From NCBI GenBank assembly GCA_030704615.1, contig CM060734.1:25730001-25794000 (forward strand): DNA of 64,000 nucleotides, in the 5' to 3' direction. Positions within the stretch are counted from its first letter, which is position 1, and the number at the start of each line of letters is the position of its first letter. The notes below the pieces were generated by a model. The model was not told the origin of the DNA and did no database searches. It saw only the letters and a program-made list of their open reading frames with translations. The position numbers and the translations under genes were made by a program. This stretch comes from Takakia lepidozioides. Taxonomy: Eukaryota; Plantae; Bryophyta. This document shows positions 13,001 to 25,564 of this stretch, one piece after another.

Positions 13001-13124
13001 AGTCCCCCAAGGAGAGGACGGAAGTTTTGAGAGGCATAGTAGAACTGATGCATCACAGAACTCGGAGGATGGGGGGGATAAGGGGGAAGGCGGGGCAAGT
13101 TCCTCGGAGGGTGTAGGAGAGTAG
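7020..13124 (+). pseudogene. MULE-1 accessory gene: ParB/Srx-like domain + beta-class N4C/N6A DNA methyltransferase-like domain, multi-exon, degenerate
   Basis: Motifs VRPALPGDIDKLK..FYVS..MFYMWNDNHRLLAW..AMTDIN (8810-9209), DMILLNIPDG (~11910-11940) and RSPAFIQTLMETCSDVQGRILDLTCGTG..VFAFEPD (12170-12400). GT donors at 9210, 9520, 10361, 12257 and 12543. Homologous to 38.7-43.5k. The start position is uncertain. Confidence 0.8.
10440..10985. repeat. Intronic 146-bp tandem repeat (~3.7 copies) made of two inverted ~73-bp halves, each with a GGCGCC palindrome
   Basis: GGAAATTCGG at 10511, 10657, 10803 and 10949; internal inverted pair GGGACTTAGCCATT/AATGGCTAAGTCCC. It lies within the GT-AG intron 10361-11049. 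Confidence 0.9.
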
Positions 13125-13318
13125 TGCCCATTCCGGCTATGACAGTTACGACACACTTGTATAGATGTGGCTTGCCACAAAATTTGCAATAAAATGTTGC
13201 ATTTCATTGCTATGACGAGTCCACTGGTGCCAAATTCCAACTTGATATGACCTTATTTCCGTGCCTCCTAACCTTATTTCCGTGGACAAACAATGGTCCG
13301 CTCATGTTTTTTTTTTTT

Positions 13319-13357
13319 TCCGCTCATGCTCATGCCGCTCATGAAATAGCAACCCCC
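13319..13357 (-). repeat. MULE-1 right TIR
   Basis: TCCGCTCATGCTCATGCCGCTCATGAAATAGCAACCCCC is the inverse of the left end. Confidence 0.88.
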
Positions 13358-13365
13358 CAGAAAGA

Positions 13366-16300
13366 CCAGCACCTGTCAAAGGGCAGGGTGTAGGGCCACA
13401 GATGGCGGTACCTCCAACACGGGCAAAGCCACCTTTTCCAATATATGCAGGAAAAAAGGATCCTGGTGTACACATCAGCCAAATTGAGCACATGTGTATT
13501 GTGAACAATGAGAATGGCGATGATGCCAAAATGAGACTGTTTCTTTGTTCACTTATCAAGAAAGCAAGTGAATGGTATGCAAGATTTCCTAATAATTATT
13601 TTCTAATCTGGAATGGCCTTAGTACAGCATTCCGAAACAAGTTCAGGATAAGCAAAACTGAGGATGAAGTATATGGGAGTTTACAACAGTTGAGGCAAAT
13701 GAAGCATGAAGCTGTTGAAGAATATATGGAGAAAATGGAGTTAATGATGAAAAAGCTGGCTGCGGTACCAGCACCAGGATTACAGAAGACTTGGTGTGTG
13801 AGTGGACTAAGACCTGAATTACAAAAGAAAGTGGATATGCTACCTCATAATACAGTGGATGAGGCATTCGAAACAGCCAACAAAATTGAGCAATTGAGAA
13901 TGCTCAGGAGAGATAAAAGGGATGATGAGGACTCTGAAGAGGAGTCAGATGAGGAAGAAAAACAAGAGCTAAGAAGGAAAAGTTGAAGAGGGACAACTAT
14001 GAAAAAAGATTGGAAGAAATCTTGAAAAAATACGCCACAGAGGCTGCAACACATTGGAGGAAGGGTGTTTGGTGTGCAAAGTGCCAAAATGAAGGCCATA
14101 CCACAGTTGAATGCCACATGAAGGAGAAACACTGTACTATCTGTAAAATGGATAACCATTCTACTGAGAATTGTATTACAATAGAATGACAGCTACAAGA
14201 GAACCTAGGCAAGTGAGGGTGCATCAAATGCAACCCCAGCCAAGAAGAAACAATGACCAGGACCACTATGGTAGGCCTAGTGGGTATAACAATGGTATGG
14301 TAGGAAGAGGTAATCCAAGAGGGAATTACCAAGGCAATCCCAGAGGCAGCTATCAAGGTAATCCAAGGGGTAGTTACCAGCCAGGGAATCAGGATTATAG
14401 AAATAATCCCAAAATAGACCAAGGGCGAGGACCCAATGGTGAAAAATTGTATTACTATTGTAACCAGGCAGGACATCGCAAAGCAGCCTGTCCATTTTGG
14501 ATCAGGCACCAGAATGAGATGAGAGCTTCTGTGAATGAAGGCCTAGTAGTGGCAACTCACATGGTTATGCCATGTTTTGTACCAGAAGTAAGTACAATGA
14601 TAGTTACCAGAAGCAAAGCTAAACTAATACCTCCAGTGGATGAGGAAGAAGATGTTAATGAAGATGGCAGTGATGTGCCTGAAGATGATGAGGCTTGGAG
14701 AGATGAGAAGGAACTGCACAAGGATGTGGCTGATACCATAAGGGAAATGCAGAAGGATACTGATATCCCTATGGCAAATTCTTCTGACTCTGAAAGAGAA
14801 GATGAAGAAGGTGAAGAGGAAGTGAAGCAAGAGGCTTCACAGGTGCAGGATAATGAAGAGACTTTGGCTGAAGTAATATGTCAGTCCAAAGCTGAGATTA
14901 CAGCTATTGACTATGACACCCCATTGTAGACACAGGTTGTATCAAGCAATCAATCAGATTGCTCATGTGATAGAGAACACAGACTTGAACAGCAAGATGA
15001 CAAGTTATAATGTGAAGTCTGAAGGGCGAGAAACGGTCATGAACTTCGATGATTCCATGCCAGTAATCCAATTGAGAATTGGAAGCACAGACTTGACTGA
15101 TGTACTGATAGATGGGGGCTCAGGAGTGAATATCATGACCGACCAATTAAGGCATACCATTCACAATAATAGTGGCAGATCAAAGGAGTGTACAACCATT
15201 AGGCTTGATAAGAGGAGTAAAGATACAGATTCAGAAGATGATCTTTAAGATTTGTTGAAAATGGATCATGTCATGGAAGCTTACTCCTTATTGCTGGGTC
15301 GACCATGGTTGAAACAGGCCAGGGTATTCCATGACTGGAATTCCCAGTTACTGATTGTGCATGATGGGAAGCACAAGATACAGATCACCACTAAGAAATC
15401 TGGTAGGCTACCAGTTACTCGGAGACCTCGTAGAGTCAGAGAGTATGACTGGAGGGGAGGGCTTGATGAGGAGCAGAAAGCTACTATATTTGCTGCACAC
15501 CGAGAGTGGGAGCAGGTTGCAGAAATGCAACTGGGAGGCCTGAGGTGCTTTAAGGGTAGCAATGATCTATGCAGTCAAGAAATTCAGGCATTATCTACTT
15601 GGAAGGAAGTTTATGTTTTATGTGGATCATCAGGCTTTGATTTATCTGGTGAACAAGCCTTTGATAAGTGGCAGGATAGCAAGATGGTTGATTATCTTGC
15701 ACGAGTTTGAATTCGAAGTTGTTTACAAGCCTGGATGTTTGCATCTTGTGGCAGATCACTTGTCACGCCTTTCAACAGGAGAACCCGCCACAGGAGTAGA
15801 CGATCAACTGTTTGATGCGAGTTTATTTGCAGTGGAAGTGTAGGGAGCAGATGATTGGTTAGATTGGCAGTGGCCAATCAGATACTACTTTACTCATGGT
15901 CAGTGCCCATCCAGTTATGGGAAGGAGCAGAGGAAAAAAATAGCTATCAAGGCATTACCATACACTATGATAGGTGGAAGATTGTATAAGCTAGGACCTG
16001 ATGGAGTTCTTAAACGATGCTTGTACCACCATGAGGTAAATAAAGTTTTGGAAGAAGTTCATAAGGGAGTGGCTGGAGGCCATTTTGGAGAGGAGACTAC
16101 CAGTAGGAAAATACTATTTGTATGTTACTAGTGGCCTACTTTGTTCAAGGATGTACATAAGTATTGCAAGAGTAGTGATGAGTATCAGAGGCTAAGACCG
16201 TTGCAAAGATCTGGGAAGATGGCTTTGCATCCTACGATGCCTACTGAACCATTCCAGAAATGGGGATTAGACTTTGTTGGACCTATTAATCCACCAGCCA

Positions 16301-17110
16301 GGAATACACAGAACAAGTATATAATCACAGCCACTGATTATACCACAAAATGGGGGGAAGCTAAGGCTTTGAGGGACAACACAGCTAAGTCCACAGCAAG
16401 GTTCCTGTATGAGAACATACTTACAAGATTTGGCTGTCCCCTGGAATTTATAAGTGACCAGGGAAGTCATTTCATTAATGAGACCATAGAACTATTGACT
16501 AAATAGTTCATGATTGTGCACAAGAAGAGTACAACCTATTATCCATAGGGTAATGGGCAGGCAGATGCCACCAACAAAATACTATGTACTATTTTGGCTA
16601 AGATAGTCAATGCAAACAAAACGGATTGGGATACAAAGCTGCTGACAGCTTTGTGGTCATACAAGACTTCATATAAAGTCACCACTAAGTATACACCATT
16701 CCAATTAGTTTATGGTATGGAAGCTTTACTTCCAGTGGAATTCTTGTTACCTACCATGAAAACTGAATGGGGAAGGAGAATGGAATTGGAGGATTCAATT
16801 AAAGTCAGGAAACATGAATTATATCATGTGGAAGAAGTACGTGCGGATGCAGCAGATAACATGACCAGAATTCAGATGAAGAGGAAGGATCAATTTGATG
16901 AAGGTAAATTGAAAACTTTTAAGACGGACGATTTGGTACCGTGGTTGCAGAAGAAAGGAAAGATCAAAGCTTAAGCTTAAGTCACCATGGAAATGACCTT
17001 ATGTTATACAGAAGATGTATGATAACAACACAGCCATGTTACAAACCATTAACAAAGAGATGGTTGGAAGAGTGAATGCCAATAAGTTGAAGGGATACTG
17101 TGGTATCCAT
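13366..17110 (+). pseudogene. gag-pol: Family A copy 1 gag-pol remainder (capsid, CCHC knuckles, protease, RNase H end, integrase)
   Basis: Contains CAKCQNEGHTTVEC, CNQAGHRKAAC, LIDGGSG, IYAVKKFRHYL and the integrase core. It jumps at ~15555 from post-protease sequence to RNase H, so RT is missing relative to copy 2. Confidence 0.9.
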
Positions 17111-20008
17111 GACAAACCATTGCAGCATGATTTGCATATTGAAACACAAAAACAGTCACGGGCTGTACCGGTGATACCAACGGAGCATGAAGCACTTGTC
17201 GTAAAGCCGAATGTGTATGGCCATAGCAGAGAACACAGGTGTTCACACAGCCATCACAGCCCACCACAGCCTATTACAACATATCACAGCTTATCACAGC
17301 CCAACACAGGCAACACAGCTACACAGGTTGCACAGTCCATAGGGGCAGTGACAGATGGACACAAGTTAACATCAGTTAAATGGCCGGTAAGTATAAAGAC
17401 AGTTTGGAAGTCAAACTCGGAGAATGTGTCACGTGGACAGAGGGAGACGGGAGAGTGTTTGAATTCAAACACGTGGCCTAAGGGGCAAAACACTCTGCAT
17501 TGCATGTACTGCAATAACGGGTGCCATCACACAAGAAGACAAATAGGGCCGTCAAAATACCTACCCGGTACATCAGCCCAAACTTATTATGAACCCATTA
17601 ATGCATCAAGAAGACAGGTAACGGAACCCTTTACGCGTCCGACAAAGGGGAACATTTGCCACATATGCAATCCTAATGGTCATTCCAAGATGGAATGTGA
17701 ACAGATTAAAGTAAAAATGAGAAGTTACCTAATGAGGCAACGGCCAATCAGCAACGTGAATTTTTGCAAGAGACTCCATTCAAGAAACAAGAACAAGAAA
17801 CTAAGAAGATTATGAACGGAAGAATGGGTGTTATTCCGGATAACCAGTGTCTCGACAGGAGGGGCAATCAAAGCTATAGCTTTGTAGCTATGGCGGATAT
17901 CACGGACTATACACTAGCTCTAATTCTTACGCAGTGGCGCAAGGAAGGACAGGTCAAAAGTACTTTTTCTCTCACTCACTATTTGCAAGCCCCGCAGACT
18001 TACACCCACTTGCCTGTTCCATTCTGTGCTAATCACACTTTCATGCTATACGCATTACAAACGGATTTATGGATCACAGCAGTCATGATGGGATCATTTG
18101 AGAAGTTCAAACTCAATGGGCAAGAATTACAACTGCGGTGATTCACCGAGAAAATTATCTAGGCTATATCTTGGTTAAATTGCATCAGTAACAAGGTGGA
18201 CACTATAGTGCTCTGTAGAGTAACAAGGATGACACATTACATCAGTCTGGTATGTTTGATGATTGCAAGTATGCCTATAAAAGCATGATGGTTCTGTGCA
18301 GGTGGTTTTGGGGGGAATCATGGGCACGACCCGCACATTATCTACACCCTCAATGCAGTACACATATTGGCGATGTTCGACAAACTTCACGTAGTTGATG
18401 TGGACATAATTGCTTCATGTATCTTTCCCATTTTGACTCTGGATATGGTGCATCTGTAGGGTTGGGCACGACGAGTTTTCCATTTTTGGCCCAAAATAGG
18501 AAATGAAATCTGGGATATCCTCTTTTAATAACAAAGATGACACTGAGAGATATGAAGAGGAAGGGGCCAGGGCAAGCATGATTCCAGACCAGGTTCAAAA
18601 CTTGTCATCAAGATTAATACAAATCTCGTAATTATCACTTCCTTGATTCAGATGGGCATAGATAAGGAAGATGGATCTTTCGTAGGTAATGAATGGGGAG
18701 AGATTGACACCCGGTATGCACTCCCTTCAGCCTCAGGTGCTTCCACTGCTCTTTACATTTCTAGCTAAAATATGTTCTATTCCAGTTTGGTACTTATAAA
18801 AGATGGATATTTTTTAACTAGCTTGGGTTGAACTTTTTAAAACTTGGTTCGCTGCATGTGAATGCCAAACCAGGAACATAGACTAGTCCGAGACACTGGG
18901 AGGGAGATCCTACCATTATTGTTCAGTTTCTTTCATATGATTTGGTTGCTTGGGCCTATCCTGTAGAGAACAGATTCAGGGCCTCAAATTACAAGGAATC
19001 CCCTACCTTCCACCATTAAAGGTTACTTTGGTTCAACTGAGGTGTGGACTGTAATACATACTGGCATGAGCACCTAGCTGATACATGGAAATCAAAACAT
19101 GTACTAGTGCCCAGGTTGAATAGGCTAAGAGTCCTCAGTTCACAGGAACTAGTGTGATAAGTTTGGTTGGGGTGCTTGCTGGAAGAATTATAGGTTGTCA
19201 TTGCAGCAAGGCAAGGATGTATGCATGATTTGTGTAGAGTCATGGATAGCTGAAGGAGCAAGGAGATAGTATTAGTCCAGATTCATCCAAGAGGGTCAGA
19301 TTTCAAGCACAAGATTACCTATGATTGTCTATGGACGGATAGCTACAAAAAACCTGCAGCAATTGCATAATGGATAAAATCAGGCACTGCTAATGAAGAC
19401 ATCTTCTTCAGCACATTTCACCTTATTTTTCCCTCTTATCATAATCGGCCCTAATTTCCATGTTGGGCTGAGCACCCAGTATGTGATGAGTGCTATCAGT
19501 GACGAGTGTGTGAAAGGCGTGCATTTGCCGGGCTGGTGCCAATCAAAGACTTTTTATGAAATACCAAATGCCCATGTAATCAACTATCGTCTACAACCCT
19601 CGACACATCATCTACAACCCCCACTAAATCAACGGTTGTGCTTGTACAACCACTAGTTGTTGTAGATGATTTATTGATGGTTGATTTAATGGGCAAATAG
19701 TTAATGGGCAAATAGTATACGTAGGTGTACCAAATGCCCATGTCTTCATCCCACTTGTTCACCAAATATTCTTTAATAGATTCTTAGATCATTTCAAATT
19801 ATTTTTAGATGCTTTCACCTTCGATTTAATGACTGGATCGTGGTGAAGGATGTAAACACATTCGTTCAGCAAATGGATGGATGACGAACAAAATGACACT
19901 TGATGACATTTTCTTTAAGTAGATTCTGGACGATTGGCAGGATGGGGGATGAATGAAAAATACAACATGCAGTTGGATGAAGACTGGCATAGTTCATCCA
20001 ACAGCTGG

Positions 20009-20488
20009 TGTCGCACACCTCACTTTGATAACTCCCCCTTTAAGTCAATGTTACTCGCTTTGATGCGCGCGCCTAACTCCCAAACCGGCCGTCGGGCCAA
20101 TTCGGAGCTTCGGCTGCTCACCGGGGCATAATGGTCCGCCTTACTCCTCCCCGAGACCCTCCACCACTTTGGGTCTAGTGGAAATTCCCTTTGGTAGTTG
20201 GCAGTCCGGAATAGCTCCCCACACCTTGGTCGCTTTTCGGCTCGCACGCTTACTCACTAGCTTTTGGTTACCAACGGGCTTGCACCGTTCTTGGGGTTAC
20301 TACTCCTTATATATACTTCTGTAGGTGTCCGTGGGGGTTCCACAAACAGCCAAGTTCAAATCTGGTGCACCGTCACCTAGATCCCCGACTCCCTGTGATG
20401 AGTCGCGGTGAGTCTTGGTCCACCCATCACGGCCCCAATGGGCTGTGGTGAGTCCCAAGACTCCCCACGACTCCCATACTAAGACTCC
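20009..20488 (-). mobile_element. Partial LTR of gypsy family C, inverted
   Basis: Reverse complement of the 3' ~480 bp of the LTR at 21264-21974, including the terminal ...CGACA. Confidence 0.85.
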
Positions 20489-21263
20489 TTGAAGAAGGGT
20501 CTTTCACTGGTCTGCACTTCCAGATGAAGGACCTGATTGATAAATTCAAGGGTACGTTCTACACCTAATTGTTTTACTCTGAAAAGTACTGGATCTATAC
20601 TGTTTAAGAATTTCTAGTGGATAGAGAGAAAAACATATTAACCTTCTTGGCACTTTAAGTCCAAGGTTTGCTATGTAGCAGGGATAGATTACATTATGGA
20701 GATTGGGTCTCGTATGCACTCCCCTATGGGGTGAGTACATACCACATTCACTCCATAAGGGACTGCCATACAAGGGGTAGGATGGTGGGTGCCCCCTCTC
20801 TCCCTCTCTCTCCCTCTATCAACTAGCTATATGGAATTGTTATCCTAACTTCCATACTCTTTAAGGTTTCATGACACAACAGGTGAAATTCCTCATGGTT
20901 TCATCTTGTTTATCCTGGTTTCATCCCTATTTCATCCTGACTTACCCCAATTTCATCCAAGTTATACTACTGCTATGATAGGGAATGCACAGGTGAAGTA
21001 AAACCCGCTATTTTTCATCCGGTTTTGATCTGATTTCATTGACTGACAGCTGGTCAGTAAAGGGATAATGATGGATTAGACGAATATCATTCCATAATCG
21101 GATGACTGTCTTAAACTGACAGGGCAACGATCATGCAAACCCTATTCTCCCGCTTGAGCATTGAGAGCTCTTGCGCCAAGATGGCTCGAAGAAGATGAAG
21201 TGATATGTGCATGCAATTATGTTTTATCTGCTGCTTTTGGTTGCCGTGAATGCTTCCTCATGG

Positions 21264-23075
21264 TGTCGCGGCCCTTTGCCTTAAGGGCGGGGGGTCGAGA
21301 CACAAGAGGGGCTGCCCCTTTGGTGGGGGCAGTGGCAACAATAGGAACGGGGGCTGAAGCACCCTTGAGTGCCCAAGGCACTCAAGGAGGCGGAGGCGCT
21401 CACTAGGTGGAACCCCACACACCGGGTTGCGGTGGGGGTGGGTCCACGAGGAGTGGTGGTAGCTTAGTGGGACTTAGTGGGAGTGGCATAGGACTCACCA
21501 TGGGGCGGAGACTTTGTGGTGGGAGTCGTGGGGAGTTTTGGGACTCATCACGGTCCAATGGGGCCGTGGTGGGTGGGCCAAGACTCACCGCGACTCATCA
21601 CCGGGAATCGAGGGTTTTCGTGGTGGTTCGCCATAAAAGGATGGTGTTGTTTGTGAAACCCCCGCGGACAGTCACAGAAGTATATATAGGGAGTAGTAAA
21701 CCCCGAGAACGGTGCAAGCCCGTTGGTGACCAAAAACTAGTGAGTAAGCGTGCGAGCCGGAAAGCGACCAAGGTGTGGGAGCTGTTCCGGACTGCCAACA
21801 ACAAAAGGGAATCTCCACTAGAGGGTCTTGTGGAGGAGCAAAGGGGGACCATTATGTCCCGGTGAGCAGCCGAAGCTCCGAGTTGGCCCAACGGCCAGTT
21901 TGGGAGTTAGGCGCGCGCATCAAAGCGACTAACTATGACTTGAAGGGGAGCTTACCGAAATGAGGTGCTCGACATTTGGTATCAGAGCTTAGAGTTCAGT
22001 ACGCGATCGTCCTTGAGATCGGCCTCATTATGGGGTCGGGCAAGCCAAAGCGAAAGCGGAACGGCCCGAAAGATGATGATCCTGGTGAGCCCGGTGGAGA
22101 CGACGTGTCACCGAAGCGGCAATTTGAGGAGGCGATTCGTGCTTTTGAAAGCAAGGCCGCTCAAGAACGGGAGGAATCTGGGGAGTCGGAGCCCGAGGAC
22201 TTCCCGAAGGCTCCGGCAGGCCAACAGATGCCTCCCATGCCAGCAGCCTTTTGGGAAGGGTTGTTGACGCAGTTTGGCGGGACGTTGAAAGACGTGTTGA
22301 GGGCGGCTAATGCCACTTCCATGAAGATAAAGTTTAAGGTGAAGCCTAAGGAACCCGACACCTTCGAGGGTGTCCGAAATCGGAAGTACTCAACACCTGG
22401 CTCTTGGAGCTAGAGCAGTACTTTCGGGCGGCCAAGTTGAGTGACGAGGATCGGGTGGAAATGACTCCCACCTATTTGAGGGGCTATGCTCAACAATGGT
22501 GGCAGAAACGCCTTCATGACCAAGGTTCAAACCTAGAAACCTTGAGCTGGAATGGGTTCAAGGAACTTAGGAAAATATAGTTTGTGCCCCTCAACGTGTC
22601 CTGGCTCACCCGGGACAAGATGAGGAATTTGAAGAGAACGGATGACATTCGGGGATATGTTCAGGCTTTCAATGTGCTGTTGCTCGAAGTCGTGGATATG
22701 GCAGAACCAAAAATGGTCTTCAACTTTGTGGCGGGATTGGCCCCATGGAAGTTGGAGGAGAAGCCACCTAAGACTTTGAACGAGGCAATTGAAAGGGTCT
22801 CGGATGTCCCTAGGGGCGAAAGACAAGGCCGTACGGAGCTGAACCACAAGAAGACCCGGCGGGAGGGTGACTCCTTCTGACCGGAAAAGAAGTGGGATAG
22901 GCCACGCGGCGACAATGGTACATGGAAATCGAAGGGAGGGCCTTCACACGTCAAGGCGGCACCCGGTGCTTCGAAAGAAAAATCAGGTGTGGCGGCTTAT
23001 GGCAGACAGAAGACGACCTTCGATGGAGTGTGCTTTAATTGCGGGGAGCCCGGGCACATGGCCAAGAAGTTGGTG
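21264..23075 (+). mobile_element. Truncated Ty3/gypsy element family C: 5' LTR (21264-21974), PBS, degenerate gag
   Basis: LTR runs TGTCG...CGACA and is followed by the PBS. Gag-like PKEPDTFEG..WL and a CFNCGEPGHMAK knuckle are present. No pol. Confidence 0.85.
21977..21988 (+). promoter_or_regulatory. Primer binding site complementary to initiator tRNA-Met
   Basis: TGGTATCAGAGC, 2 nt after the LTR end. Confidence 0.92.
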
Positions 23076-23337
23076 AGGGAAAGTTCCTGGACGAACTGAA
23101 GAAGCAAGATTGGTGGTGAAGAACAATCGATAGTGATGTGTGGAGAAGAGGGAGTTAAAGATCCTCTAGAAGTATGACGCCTCCCGAAGGGAGCGTAACT
23201 TATGGTATCACTTCACCACAAGGGCTACTGCCTTCCAGCTGAAAGGTGGACACCTTCATGACACACCAGACCGTGGTTTGAACCCACAACCACATCCAAC
23301 GTGGTATGTGCCCATTGCCACTGGGCTACATGTTGGT

Positions 23338-23604
23338 TGTCAAGATCCTCTAGAATTAATTACTGGATTACCTGATAGTTTGTCGATAGATATCTTTAAA
23401 AGGTTGCGTTGCAGTTATATAGAGATAATTAATCTACAACTTGTGAGTAAAGGATGGAGTAAAGAACTATTGACTCTATATCGAGTAGATTACTGGAAGA
23501 GAGAATTAGATGAACAATGGTATTTAATATCAATCAATGTTGAGTTAATAGAGGAGGATGGGAATATTATCGAGACTGGAAGGACATTAATCGCGTTAGA
23601 TTGA
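23338..23604 (+). pseudogene. Short fragment with an F-box-like motif
   Basis: LITGLPDSLSIDIFKRL...LQLVSKGW resembles the F-box consensus; no further context. Confidence 0.35.
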
Positions 23605-24025
23605 GGATGTCTGGTGGGAGAAATTGATCTACTGAGGGATTAGAGAGAGATAGATTAGTCGAGCATCATTATTTTGCAATCGCATAAGGCTTTCCCTACG
23701 AACGAACCTTGAAACTGATTGGTCCTTCTTTTAGGGTCGATTATAGTTTTTATTCTACATGTGCAGAGGCAGTGATAGCTGAAGGAGCAGGATAAAGTGT
23801 GGGTCCATATTCATCCAAGAGGGTCAGATTTCAAGCTCCAGATTACCTATGGTTCCCCATGGAAGGATAGCTACAAAGAAACCTCCATGGGTAGATGGTC
23901 AGCTGGAAGCGGCAGCTGTAGCGGCACAGTTGATAAAATCAGGCACCTCAACCATGACCACAACTTCTTAAGGAAGAGGATCAAGAGAGGGAGTCCACAA
24001 TGCCTCTTCTGGCACTTATGGGCAT

Positions 24026-25564
24026 GTGAAGATGCTTTATGAGGTAGGCAGACTGAAAGAGGCTCTACAGACTTTACACCAAGGAGGCATTTCAGCAGAT
24101 GTAGATACATATGTGTGTCTCTTGCATAAGTGCATCAAGATGAAAGGCCTGGAAGCTGGAAAGCAGGTGCACACTCACATTGTCCAAAGTGGACTCACGC
24201 CGAACGTTTTTCTACTCAACACCCTTGTCAACATGTATGTTTAAGGGGAGCATCATGGATAATCACCGAGTGTTCAACACAGAATGCCTCAACGATCTTT
24301 GATCACGTGGAATATAATGTTGGCAGGATTACCAAGCATGGGCGTGGTACGAATGCTTTGGAGACCTGTGAGCAAATGATGCGCGAAGGGGGGTGAAGCC
24401 CAACCACATCACGTTTGTTTGTGTTTGCAATGCATGTGCAAGCCTGGAAAAGGAAAAAGAGGTCCATGGTGACATCAGTCAAAACTGGAATTGCACCAGA
24501 TGTCATTCTGAACATTGCCCTGACCTGGACATGTATGCCAAATGTGGATGCATTTGAGGATGCAAAGGGAGTTTTTGACACTATGGCTGAACGAGATGTG
24601 GTGTCGCGGAGGCGATGCTTGCAGGGTATGCACAACAGGGACGTGGGATGGAGGCTCTGGAGACCTATGATCAAATGATGGGGGAGGGGGTGAAGCCCGA
24701 CCACATCATGTTTGTTTGCATTTGCAATGCTTGTGCAAGCCTGGCAGCCCTGGACAAGGGCAAAGAGGTGCATGGGATATCATCAAAGCTGGAATTGTAC
24801 CAAATGTCATTATGAACACTGCCCTGGCAGCTCTGGAAAAGGGGAAAGAGGTCCATGGCAACATCGTCAGAGCTAGAATTGTACCGAATGTCATTTTGAA
24901 CCATACCCTGTTGGACATGTATGCAAAATGTGGGTGCATCGAGCCCTGGACAAGGGCAAAGAGGTGCATGGGGATATCATCAAAGCTGGAATTGTACCAA
25001 ATGTCATTCTGAACACTACCCTGGCAGCTCTGGAAAAGGGGAAAGAGGTCCATGGCGACATCTTCAGAGCTGGAATTGTATCAAATGTCATTTTGAACCA
25101 TACACTGGTGGACATGTATGCAAAATGTGGGTGCATCGAGCCTTGGACAAGGGCAAAGAGGTGCATGGGGATACCATCAAAGCTAGAATTGTACCAAATG
25201 TCATTATGAACATTGCCTTGGCAGCTCTGGAAAAGGGGAAAGAGGTCCATGGTGACATCTTCAGAGCTGGAATTGTACCAAATGTCATTTTGGACAATAC
25301 CCTGGTGGACATGTATGCAAAATGTGGGTGCATCGAGTTGTGGACAAGGGCAAAGAGGTGCATGGGGATATCATCAAAGCTGGAATTGTACCAAATGTCA
25401 TTCTGAACACAACCGGTAACCAATCCATTCATTGGCTGCATTGTTGTGAAAGTCCTTGCGTAGACTAGAATCCACATGTTCAATGTTGGCCAGGGAAATT
25501 GTTCTTGCTGCCCAAAGCATCTGATAGGCAGCGGCATGGGCAGCGGAGGGAGGCTTTGGAGACC
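24026..25564 (+). pseudogene. PLS-class pentatricopeptide repeat (PPR) pseudogene, 5' part
   Basis: GRLKEAL..TYVCLLHKC..GKQVHTHI..NTLVNMY, MLAGYAQQGRGMEAL and LVDMYAKCG, with many frameshifts. Confidence 0.88.
24750..25410 (+). repeat. ~197-bp tandem amplification (~3.3 copies) inside the PPR pseudogene
   Basis: TGGACAAGGGCAAAGAGGTGCATGG recurs near 24751, 24947, 25144 and 25341. Confidence 0.85.

Larger units (their letters stand above)
1296..13357 (-). mobile_element. MULE-1: Mutator-like DNA transposon (~12.1 kb, defective) carrying a ParB-methyltransferase gene
   Basis: Termini GAGGTTAGCTATTTCATGAGC... and ...GCTCATGAAATAGCAACCCCC are inverted repeats. An 8-bp TSD CAGAAGGA (1288-1295) / CAGAAAGA (13358-13365) flanks it. 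The empty site is visible in family A copy 3 (~61610-61630). It encodes a MULE-type transposase. Confidence 0.9.
1..17815 (+). mobile_element. Ty3/gypsy LTR retrotransposon, family A copy 1 (5' end outside window, interrupted by MULE-1, RT deleted, 3' LTR not found)
   Basis: Order is ORF0, gag, zinc knuckles, protease (DVLIDGGSG), RNase H C-part, integrase (WGLDFVGP, SDQGSHF). Near-identical to the copies at 55.1-61.4k and 61.4-64k. The 3' boundary is approximate. Confidence 0.9.

Noticed and set aside
12609-13124. Separate small gene at the right end of each MULE (also 42958-43476)
   Set aside because: Preceded by a conserved GTGAGT donor and an AG acceptor; better explained as the last exon of the ParB-MTase gene.
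17015-19000. Post-integrase ORFs as an env-like gene or 3' LTR of family A copy 1
   Set aside because: No recognisable motifs and no match to the family A 5' terminus; cannot be supported.
19760-21130. TTCATCC/GGATGAA-rich patches as a MITE
   Set aside because: No clear TIR or TSD could be defined.
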